Assembly (NCBI GenBank): GCA_010909165.1
Contig: MU008181.1
Coordinates: 310,001 to 374,000, forward strand
From: Anthoceros angustus
Taxonomy: Eukaryota > Plantae > Anthocerotophyta
Direction of reading: 5' to 3'
DNA: 64,000 bases
Below, in pieces: positions 48,789 through 59,920 of this stretch. How positions within the stretch are numbered: the first letter of the stretch is position 1; each line of letters opens with the position of its first letter. The position numbers and the translations under genes are program-made. The notes under the pieces were generated by a model that worked only from the letters and a program-made list of their open reading frames with translations, did no database searches and was not told where the DNA came from.

Positions 48789-51700
48789 ATGAAGAGAAGC
48801 AGTGGTGGGAGTAGGAAGCGAGCTAGGACAGGCGAAGGAAGCAGCCCAGCCGCCGCTGTTCATTCGCCTTACTTCTTCACCCCCGCCAAGATCTCAGGGA
48901 TGGCTTCACAGGCTTCCAAGCCGAGACTCAGGCCAGTGGTAACTTTGAAGCCTGGTAGGCGGAGAGCTCGAGTGTCTGACAGGGTGATTGAATGCGTTGC
49001 GGAGGCGGGTCTGAATTCCGCCGGTGATCAAAAGAGCTTGGCAAAAATCATGGAGTCCTGCCTCGAGGAGCCAGGCTCACAAGGGAGGAGTTTGACTGGC
49101 ACTTTCAGCTCTCGGCTGAAGGAAGAGCATCAGTGGATCGAGATGGATGTGAATGCTAAGTTATTTGGAAGAAGGGAGACAGGAAGCTGCGGGGATGGCA
49201 GAAGTTCAGGACGTGGTTGTGGAGTCCAAGAGAGGGTGGGGTTGGAGGACAGCCCCGGTGTCCTACCCGACCTCGCTTTGAAATCGAATGTGAGCTCGAA
49301 GCCGAGTTCGAGGAGGAGGAAGCAGAAAGGATTTCCAACGGAAAGGAAAGGGGATGAGAAATCAAATTTTGAGCCGTCTAGGAAGGTAGTAGACATTGAA
49401 GGTGTCCTTGAAGGGCTGCAGGGTGCAGCATCTCAGGGACAAATCGTCCACATCGAACATTTACCAGAAAGGTAAGATTTGTTTTTCTTCCGGATCTGTG
49501 TCTGGAATGCCAGATCTGTATTAAGGTTCCAGCTCTCACTGGACCTGTTCTGTCCAGGCCAGCCTCGTTCGGGGAGATAGACTACAATCTGAGCCCTAAG
49601 CTCCTAAGAACTCTAAAGGAAAGGTGCGTGTTTGTGCTGCTAGAGCTGTAAAACTGTCTACTTTATCTAACTGAACTGCTGAGCGTCGCCTTTCTCTTTC
49701 ACCCGTTCAGAGGAATCCCGAAGCTCTACAGCCACCAGTCCTCAGCACTCAACACGATCTTTGGTGGTTCCAGTGTTGTGGCTGCAACTCCAACTGCGTC
49801 TGGAAAGAGCATGATGTACATTATACCAGTAGGCTCCCTTGACTCCCACTTTTCCTTCTACATCACATGTATTTTCCCGAAACATTCGATGCTGGAAACT
49901 GTGGTTGATGTACAGTGTCTAACTTTGTTCTGATAATCTGTACCGTTATGCTGATGCAGGTGCTTGATGCCTTAATAAACGACCCGAATTCTAAAGCCCT
50001 TCTTCTCTTCCCAATGAAGGTGAGCATCTGGAACAACTGCACAGGTCACACCTATCGTCTATACGAGATAATGAACTAGTGCTAATCCCACCAATTCCTT
50101 CTGATTGTAGGCTCTGGCGCATGATCAGCTGAAGACTCTGAGTAAGTCAACGTACAGCACCTCTTGTTAGCATTTTGTCAGCCCCAAGCCTGTAGCACAG
50201 GGTCTTTGGTCTTCAGAGCTTTGCCCAGCATCCATCAAACGTCTCCAGTTCTCTGACCATGCAATGTACTGGCGGCAGGTGAGTTCGTAAGCAAAGTGAA
50301 GCGAGGTCAACCACACTGCTATTGGTAAACCTTCGCAGCTATGCTCTGAGCGTTTCTTTCATATTTTGCTCTCAAAGGCATGATGTTATGCCTTGGAGTA
50401 CACTCCGTGATGCCTTTTCCCTGAGAACTTGCTTATTTGTTTGCAGCTTCGATGGTGACACACCTCTTGAAGACAGGGAGAAGATCCGGAAAAACGGCAG
50501 GGTTAGTACTAAAGAGACTACGTCTCTTGCCGAGCATGGCCTGACCTCGTTTTACAACTATTTTTGTCAATGCTCTTGATTGCAGATTATTCTTACGAAT
50601 CCTGACATGATCCACCACAATCTTCTTCCGAAGCACACGGTACACCGCCTGGGGCTTAAACGTTTGTACAAGAGTGACATCATGCCTCTGCGGTGCGACC
50701 TGCTAACTCTCTTCAAACACTCTGTCACCAGTATTGGCAACGGTTCTTCTCCAACTTGAAATTCGTGGTGGTAGATGAGGCACACACTTACAGAGGGGTA
50801 TTCGGCAGTCATGTGGTATGCAATAAATGTCCACATTCTGTACAACTAGCAGAAATGCCCAACCTCTTCAGCTTCGAAGGGACTGTGGGGCCTGCACATG
50901 ATTACTGGGTGATCCTTGAGCTTGGATATAGAGAACTCCGTTCAATGAAGTTGATGTATTCTTGTTGGGGGTTCTGCAGGGCTGCATCCTGAGGCGGCTA
51001 CTTAGAATTGCCCGGTACTATCGTGCAGAGCCCATGTTTATATGCTGTTCAGCGACTATTGGGAATCCCAAGGTACAGCAGGATTTGATTCAGAAGTAGA
51101 GATGGTAGAACTTGTGCCAGACTTCTGATCGATCCTTCTTGGACAGGATCATGTGAAACAGCTCACAACGGTGGATGTTGAAGCTATCCATGGAACAGGG
51201 GCACCCGTTGGCGACAGGCACATCGTTTGCTGGCAGCCTTCTGAAGCGAATAGTCCGTACTCAGAGAGTGCAGATGTAGCGGTACTGTAGAAGTTGTGGC
51301 GTTGGCTGTATGTTAGAGATGCAGAAATCCGATATGTTCACCCAATTCCAGAGCGAAGGCTGCCCGCTGAAGTTGCTCTTTGCAGGTCCAACTTTTGAAG
51401 TCCGGGCTTCAAATGCTTGTGTTTGTGGAGGCTCGGAAGCTAGCGGAGAGCGTCTGTGGTGCTATACGCCAGAAGCTTGTTTCAGAGGTTTCTTCCTGCA
51501 ACACATCTTTCTGCGAACGTAATGCAGGCGACAAGAATAATTTTATTCAGCTACTTCTGATGATTATCATAAACAGAGGCTGTATGATCTTGCGAAGAAG
51601 GTCGACAGTTACCGGGCAGGATATACAGCGGAAGACAGGCGCGAATTAGAGAAGGTGCGACCTATGTGTCTTCTGCTTCTGCCCTGAACTGTTTCCACAC

Positions 51701-54438
51701 GTTCCGTTCTCTTTCGTCAGATATTCTGACCCCTTACCGGCTAAATGGTTGTGGCTCACAGCGACTTCGTGATGGGTCACTGAAGGCTCTCGTCACTACC
51801 AGAGCCCTTGAGCTTGGGATAGATGTACGTCCTCGTTCCCCCTTAGGTTTTCATCGTTTGACAGTCGTCTTTGAAGGTTTCGGTTCACCGTTCACTCCTA
51901 ACACTGCCATCCTCCTTGGAACAGGTAGGCCACCTAGATGCCACCGTACATGTCGGTTTGCCGGATACTGTGTGCAGTCTGTGGCAGCAGGTGGGTGTTC
52001 TGCTGTGAACTCGTCCCTGTCGAATCGTCAAATGAAAGCTTTTTGCACTCTGCTTGGAAGGGCCTTGCACACATGGAATGTGTGACCGCTTCCCTTATGA
52101 AAGTGCTAAATGCCAGATTTTATTGCTGATCTCTATCTCTCCGGAAACGTTCCAGATTGGCCGATCTGGGCGCCGCCAGGGAGCCTCCCTGGCGGTGATC
52201 GTCGGCCTGCAGAGGCCAAATGATTGGTTCTACTTGCATAATCCTGAGAAGGTTCAATTTGTCACCACCCTCGGCTTTTAGATTAGTTCGGCATACAGGA
52301 GGTTAGAAATGCCCTACTGTGGAATCTCTGAAGTATTCACCCAGAAGTTGATTTACAGCTTTTCGGCCGAGACATCGAAAAGGCATACTGCAACCCAGCC
52401 AATCCACAACTGCTGCAGATGCACCTCTGCTGTGCAGCGAATGAACTGCCACTTACAGGTTTGCTTCACAGAAATGGTGTGCTGCAAGCAACGTTTCTCC
52501 GGCATAGATTAATCGTGACTCATAATGTACTGGAATGCTAGAACTACGTCCTGACAAACATTTCTTTATTGTAACAGAAGAAGATAAACAGTACTTCGGA
52601 GAGGAGTATTCAGAGTGCAGAGATGGTCTGGCAATAGAAGGTGTTCTGATATCTGATTCAGGGCAACAATATAGTTACAGACTTGGAGATAATCCGTCCA
52701 TGAAATGTCCAATACGTGGAACCTCAATGGATATTTTTCAGGTAGCTGAGCTTCAGACTCTGCACCCTGGGATTGAATTCCAACTTGCACATGCGAGACT
52801 CAAATCCTGCTCGTGTTCCTTGTGGAGTAGCTTGTAACTCAGGACGAGCGGATCATTGAGGAAATGGACCGGAGATGGGCTTTTAGAAGGCTCCATAAAG
52901 GCGCAATTTACTCTCATCAAAGGGACTGCTACGAGGTGATCACTGGTCGAACCTTGTCCTGCCTGAAGATGTGTACTGCCTGATACTAACGCAGCCTGGA
53001 ATTTTGCCTCATGTAACCAGATAGTTGACTTCGATATAGAAGCCAGGAGGGCACTTGGCGTGCCATGCAATGTGAACTACGTCACAGGTCTAAGTTGGAA
53101 CTTTTGACCAACATATTGCGACAATGATTTGTCTGGTGTTTCTGCAGGTTTAAACTTCTCATTGACTTAATTGTTGAACTGCAGAGGTCAAAGAAAGACA
53201 CAGTGTGCACATATTGGCTGAAAAGAACGACACTAGGATGATTGGTGCAACCAGAGTTCATTTTGGGAAGGTGGGAGAACTCTAAAGCTGTACCTTCATG
53301 TCTGTTGTGTGGAAAGGACCCAAGTAAAAACATGGTGGTATCTGTGCAGTTGCAAGTGACAGAGCAACTTGTCGAGTTTATCCAGATTGACTTGATAAAG
53401 GACTACGTTCTTTCACACAACGTGCTGAATCTCCCACCAAGTAATTTTGACACCGTGGGCTTTGTAAGTAGCTGCAAAGCACTGTGTCGGTGTCACTAAT
53501 CAGAATTTTCTGTGGATGCTGATGGTTCGGTGAGTTGTTTTCCAGTGGTGCGACATTCCTGAGGATGTGAGACAAAAATTGGAAACAGGGGGTATGCTGT
53601 ATGATGCTCTGGAATCCGTGGCTCGTGTTATGAGGGCTTTTCTTCCCTCTCTGACTATGAGTAAGTGGGGCTCGGCGTCTCTCCGTTTTTAACCCCCCAT
53701 ATCCTGAACAGTTCCGTTGACCTATGTAATGTGTGACCACTGTTCAGGCGAACAAGCTGACATGAGCAGCTTTGCTACGGAGAAACATGAGGGAACATCG
53801 AATCCACAGGTCCGAGACTCTTTCACCGAGTTTGAATTTTGTTGTCTAGACTCTTCGTGCCGAAACCTGTTATGACGATGGCTACCCTTGTGGACTCATC
53901 TTCTCAATCCGACGTGTGGTGCAGATATTCATGTATGACGCCTACCCTGGAGGCATGGGCTTGGCCAAGCAGGTGTGTAGTAGAGCTTGACAGGTCTGGT
54001 TACCGTGAGTCGAATTGCTTACCAACCTTTGTGATAATTTGATGCTAAACAATTTCAGGCGTTCGATGAGTTTCTGGAGGAGATATGGAGCCGGGCTCTG
54101 AATGTACTCGAGGGTTGCGATTGTCAATACGGCTGCCCCTGCTGCATTCAGGTCTGCCACGCTATCACCAGCTGAGTCAGTATCCTGGGTCCCCTGCCAA
54201 CATCTAACACATCTTGCTGTGCTTCTGCAGTGTGGACGTCGTGACAGCGTGCGCGTCCTGAATCAGAACGCAAAACAAGCCTGCGCAACTTGCTGAAGGG
54301 GTTGCTGGGAGCTTGGATGTCCTCGGAGCCGCCTGTGTCACAAGAAGAGAGCTCAGAGAAAGCTGGTTTTGGCAACAACCAAGGAGGCGACAGAAGAGTA
54401 GTGTAGCCGCATTATTGGAGGAATACTTGACCATGTGA
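48789..54438 (+). CDS. HRQ1: HRQ1 / RecQ4-like DEAH-box ATP-dependent DNA helicase with C-terminal DUF1998 (Zn-binding) domain; more than 20 exons
   Basis: Exons spell [16 protein letters not shown] (Walker A, about 49780), [84 protein letters not shown] and [12 protein letters not shown]. The last exon here has two 1-bp deletions relative to the duplicated copies at 57.3-57.5 kb and 59.5-59.8 kb. Confidence 0.92.
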
Positions 54439-54603
54439 CACCACGAGGTTCCCGTTCCGCAGGTGTAATAACTGTGGAACGACCTGCATAGGACGCGTCT
54501 TGTTTGTCACGAGACGTATCGTCTAGCCGATACAGCCCAGCTACATGGGCTGTGCGGAATGTTTGTACTGTATCCATAGGACCAGCGTGTGCTCTTGCGG
54601 GGC

Positions 54604-56880
54604 ATGGCTGTCTGGGGCTTGGCAATTGATTCAATCCAAGGGCAACTCTGCCCGTTGTGGGGACAGTTTTCGTTAATCCAACAAAGCGGCGGGACAAGAA
54701 AGCGATTGTCTGCAAGCGACGGAACCTGGAGTGCAGCCCACCCTAAGCTTTTCGCCCGCCTTGCAGCAAGGGGAGCTCAAGGAGCTCCAGTACGTGAGCA
54801 ACTTCCACGAACCAGACCTTGCTGCTCTCGAGACGGGTCGTGATGCCTCCAAATTCAGGAGTGCAAGTTATGATATGGTAGTAACCGCTGAGACGGTGAG
54901 CAAGCTGTGTGAGCAAGGCTATCTCGCTAAGGCTGTGGAGGCCTTGGGAGTTCTGGTTGAGGCGGACTGTAGTGTTTCCAGGTCTCTGTTTTACACAATC
55001 TTGAAGGAATGTGTTGGACAGAAGGATGTCGTTGTGGGTCGCCGAATCCATGCTTTCACAGTCAAAAGGGGTTACCAGGCCGACACGTTCCTGTGCAATC
55101 ACATCCTGCGAATGTATGCTTCCCATGGCAGGTTGCAAGACGCGATGGATGTGTTCACCATGGTTGCCACACCCGATGCCTTCATGTGGTCTTCCATTAT
55201 ATCTGCTTATGTGAAGCATGGGCAAGACAGGCAGGCCATACAACTGTACCACCGCATGCGTAGGTCAAGTGTGAAGCCAGATGGGCATGTGTTTGTGGCA
55301 GCCCTGCAGGCTTGTGCAAGGGGAGGGGACTTGGAATCTGGGCAGGAGGTGCATGCTCATGTGTTGGCTAGTGGTATGGAGTCTGATTTGTTCGTTTGCA
55401 GTTGCTTGGTGGACATGTATGCCAAGTGTGGCAGCGTGGAAGATGCTCGAAGAGTGTTTGATGGACTTGGTCGGAAAGATGTGGTGATCTGGAATGCCAT
55501 GATCGCTGGATATTCGCAGCAGGGCATGGGCCATGAAGCCCTCTGCCTGTTCAGGGCTATGCAAGCAGAAGGCAGCGCTGTACCTAATTCCGTCACATTT
55601 CTGTGCCTCCTGCAGGCATGTGCAAGTGTGGGGAACCCAGCGTTGGAGGTGGGGAAGCGCCTGCATATGCGAATTAGAGAACAAGGGTGTCGATCTGATG
55701 TGTTAGTAGCCAACAGTTTGGTGAACATGTATGCAAAGTGTGGCAGCTTGGAGGATGCGCAGAGCGTGTTTGATGGACTTGATCGAAAGGATGTTGTGAG
55801 CTGGAATGCCATCATTGCAGGATATTCCCAGCAGGGCATGGGCCATGAAGCCCTCTGCCTGTTCAGGGCTATGCAAGCAGAAGGCAGCGCTGTACCTAAT
55901 TCCGTCACATTTCTGTGCCTCCTGCAGGCATGTGCAAGTGTGGGGAACCCAGCGTTGGAGGTGGGAAGCGCCTGCATATGCGAATTAGAGAACAAGGACA
56001 TCAAGCTGATGTGTTAGTAGCCAACAGTTTGGTGAACATGTATGCAAAGTGTGGCAGCGTGGAAGATGCTCGAAGAGTGTTTGATGGACTTGGTCGGAAA
56101 GATGTGGTGACGTGGAATGCCATGATCGCTGGATATTCCCAGCAGGGCATGGGCCATGAAGCCCTCTGCCTGTTCAGGGCTATGCAAGCAGAAGGCATCA
56201 TTGCACCCAATTCTGTGACATATGTCTGCCTCCTGCAGGCATGTGCAAGTGTGGGGAACCCAGCGTTGGAGGTGGGAAGCGCCTGCATATGCGAATTAGA
56301 GAACAAGGACATCAAGCTGATGTGTTTGTAGCCAACAGTTTGGTGAACATGTATGCAAAGTGTGGCAGCGTGGAAGATGCTCGAAGAGTGTTTGATGGAC
56401 TTGGTCGGAAAGATGTGGTGACGTGGAATGCTTTGTTGGCAGGATATTCCCAGCAGGGCATGGGACAGAGAGCCCTGCAGCTTTACGATGATATGCAAGC
56501 AGAAGGCATCATTGCACCCAATTCTGTGACATATGTCTGCCTCCTGCATGTGCAAGTGTGGGGAACCCAGCGTTGGAGGTGGGAAGCGCCTGCATATGCG
56601 AATTAGAGAACAAGGGTGTCGATCTGATGTGTTAGTAGCCAACAGTTTGGTGAACATGTATGCAAAGTGTGGCAGCTTGGAAGATGCTCGAAGAGTGTTT
56701 GATGGACTTGGTCGGAAAGATGTGGTGACGTGGAATGCCATGATCGCTGGATATTCCCAGCAGGGCATGGGCCATGAAGCCCTCTGCCTGTTCAGGGCTA
56801 TGCAAGCAGAAGGCAGCGCTGTACCTAATTCCGTCACATTTCTGTGCCTCCTGCAGGCTTGTGCAAGCGTGGCAGCTTTG
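54604..56880 (+). pseudogene. PPR-3 5' fragment, copy A (frameshifted mosaic of PLS motifs)
   Basis: Leader MAVWGLAIDSIQGQLCPLWGQF, then TAETVSKLC and PLS motifs, with frameshifts at homopolymers. It ends at a GCAGCTTTG junction into HRQ1 sequence. Confidence 0.8.
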
Positions 56881-57546
56881 CTACGGAGAAACATGAGGGA
56901 ACATCGAATCCACAGGTCCGAGACTCTTTCACCGAGTTTGAATTTTGTTGTCTAGACTCTTCGTGCCGAAACCTGTTATGACGATGGCTACCCTTGTGGA
57001 CTCATCTTCTCAATCCGACGTGTGGTGCAGATATTCATGTATGACGCCTACCCTGGAGGCATGGGCTTGGCCAAGCAGGTGTGTAGTAGAGCTTGACAGG
57101 TCTGGTTACCGTGAGTCGAATTGCTTACCAACCTTTGTGATAATTTGATGCTAAACAATTTCAGGCGTTCGATGAGTTTCTGGAGGAGATATGGAGCCGG
57201 GCTCTGAATGTACTCGAGGGTTGCGATTGTCAATACGGCTGCCCCTGCTGCATTCAGGTCTGCCACGCTATCACCAGCTGAGTCAGTATCCTGGGTCCCC
57301 TGCCAACATCTAACACATCTTGCTGTGCTTCTGCAGTGTGGACGTCGTGACAGCGTGCGCGTCCTGAATCAGAACGCAAAACAAGCCTGCGCAACTTTGC
57401 TGAAGGGGTTGCTGGGAGCTTGGATGTCCTCGGAGCCGCCTGTGTCACAAGAAGAGAGCTCAGAGAAAGCTGGTTTTGGCAACAACCAAGGGAGGCGACA
57501 GAAGAGTAGTGTAGCCGCATTATTGGAGGAATACTTGACCATGTGA
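56872..57546 (+). pseudogene. Duplicated 3' exons of HRQ1, copy B
   Basis: Near-identical to 53766-54438 (offset about 3106); includes YDAYPGG and [10 protein letters not shown]. Confidence 0.9.
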
Positions 57547-57710
57547 CACCACGAGGTTCCCGTTCCGCAGGTGTAATAACTGTGGAACGACCTGCATAGG
57601 ACGCGTCTTGTTTGTCACGAGACGTATCGTCTAGCCGATACAGCCCAGCTACATGGCTGTGCGGAATGTTTGTACTGTATCCATAGGACCAGCGTGTGCT
57701 CTTGCGGGGC

Positions 57711-58868
57711 ATGGCTGTCTGGGGCTTGGCAATTGATTCAATCCAAGGGCAACTCTGCCCGTTGTGGGGACAGTTTTCGTTAATCCAACAAAGCGGCGGG
57801 ACAAGAAAGCGATTGTCTGCAAGCGACGGAACCTGGAGTGCAGCCCACCCTAAGCTTTCGCCCGCCTTGCAGCAAGGGAGCTCAAGGAGCTCCAGTACGT
57901 GAGCAACTTCCACGAACCAGACCTTGCTGCTCTCGAGACGGGTCGTGATGCCTCCAAATTCAGGAGTGCAAGTTATGATATGGTAGTAACCGCTGAGACG
58001 GTGAGCAAGCTGTGTGAGCAAGGCTATCTCGCTAAGGCTGTGGAGGCCTTGGGAGTTCTGGTTGAGGCGGACTGTAGTGTTTCCAGGTCTCTGTTTTACA
58101 ATCTTGAAGGAATGTGTTGGACAGAAGGATGTCGTTGTGGGTCGCCGAATCCATGCTTTCACAGTCAAAAGGTTACCAGGCCGACACGTTCCTGTGCAAT
58201 CACATCCTGCGAATGTATGCTTCCATGGCAGGTTGCAAGACGCGATGGATGTGTTCACCATGGTTGCCACACCCGATGCCTTCATGTGGTCTTCCATTAT
58301 ATCTGCTTATGTGAAGCATGGGCAAGACAGGCAGGCCATACAACTGTACCACCGCATGCGTAGGTCAAGTGTGAAGCCAGATGGGCATGTGTTTGTGGCC
58401 AGCAGTTTGGTGAACATGTATGCAAAGTGTGGCAGCGTGGAAGATGCTCGAAGAGTGTTTGATGGACTTGGTCGGAAAGATGTGGTGACGTGGAATGCCA
58501 TGATCGCTGGATATTCGCAGCAGGGCATGGGCCATGAAGCCCTCTGCCTGTTCAGGGCTATGCAAGCAGAAGGCAGCGCTGTACCTAATTCCGTCACATT
58601 TCTGTGCCTCCTGCAGGCATGTGCAAGTGTGGGGAACCCAGCGTTGGAGGTGGGAAGCGCCTGCATATGCGAATTAGAGAACAAGGACATCAGGCTGATG
58701 TGTTAGTAGCCAACAGTTTGGTGAACATGTATGCAAAGTGTGGCAGCTTGGAAGATGCTCGAAGAGTGTTTGATGGACTTGATCGAAAGGATGTTGTGAG
58801 CTGGAATGCCATCATTGCAGGATATTCCCAGCAGGGCATGGGGCAGGACGCCCTCCGTCTTTCCAGTG
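57711..58868 (+). pseudogene. PPR-3 5' fragment, copy B (frameshifted, internal deletion)
   Basis: Same leader as copy A. It jumps from GHVFVA directly to SSLVNMYAKCG at about 58396 and ends at a TTTCCAGTG junction. Confidence 0.8.
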
Positions 58869-59759
58869 GTGCGACATTCCTGAGGATGTGAGACAAAAAT
58901 TGGAAACAGGGGGTATGCTGTATGATGCTCTGGAATCCGTGGCTCGTGTTATGAGGGCTTTTCTTCCCTCTCTGACTATGAGTAAGTGGGGCTCGGCGTC
59001 TCTCCGTTTTTAACCCCCCATATCCTGAACAGTTCCGTTGACCTATGTAATGTGTGACCACTGTTCAGGCGAACAAGCTGACATGAGCAGCTTTGCTACG
59101 GAGAAACATGAGGGAACATCGAATCCACAGGTCCGAGACTCTTTCACCGAGTTTGAATTTTGTTGTCTAGACTCTTCGTGCCGAAACCTGTTATGACGAT
59201 GGCTACCCTTGTGGACTCATCTTCTCAATCCGACGTGTGGTGCAGATATTCATGTATGACGCCTACCCTGGAGGCATGGGCTTGGCCAAGCAGGTGTAGT
59301 AGAGCTTGACAGGTCTGGTTACCGTGAGTCGAATTGCTTACCAACCTTTGTGATAATTTGATGCTAAACAATTTCAGGCGTTCGATGAGTTTCTGGAGGA
59401 GATATGGAGCCGGGCTCTGAATGTACTCGAGGGTTGCGATTGTCAATACGGCTGCCCCTGCTGCATTCAGGTCTGCCACGCTATCACCAGCTGAGTCAGT
59501 ATCCTGGGTCCCCTGCCAACATCTAACACATCTTGCTGTGCTTCTGCAGTGTGGACGTCGTGACAGCGTGCGCGTCCTGAATCAGAACGCAAAACAAGCC
59601 TGCGCAACTTTGCTGAAGGGGTTGCTGGGAGCTTGGATGTCCTCGGAGCCGCCTGTGTCACAAGAAGAGAGCTCAGAGAAAGCTGGTTTTGGCAACAACC
59701 AAGGGAGGCGACAGAAGAGTAGTGTAGCCGCATTATTGGAGGAATACTTGACCATGTGA
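58860..59759 (+). pseudogene. Duplicated 3' exons of HRQ1, copy C
   Basis: Near-identical to 53539-54438 (offset about 5321). Confidence 0.9.
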
Positions 59760-59920
59760 CACCACGAGGTTCCCGTTCCGCAGGTGTAATAACTGTGGAA
59801 CGACCTGCATAGGACGCGTCTTGTTTGTCACGAGACGTATCGTCTAGCCGATACAGCCCAGCTGGGCTGTGCGGAATGTTTGTACTGTATCCATAGGACC
59901 AGCGTGTGCTCTTGCGGGGC

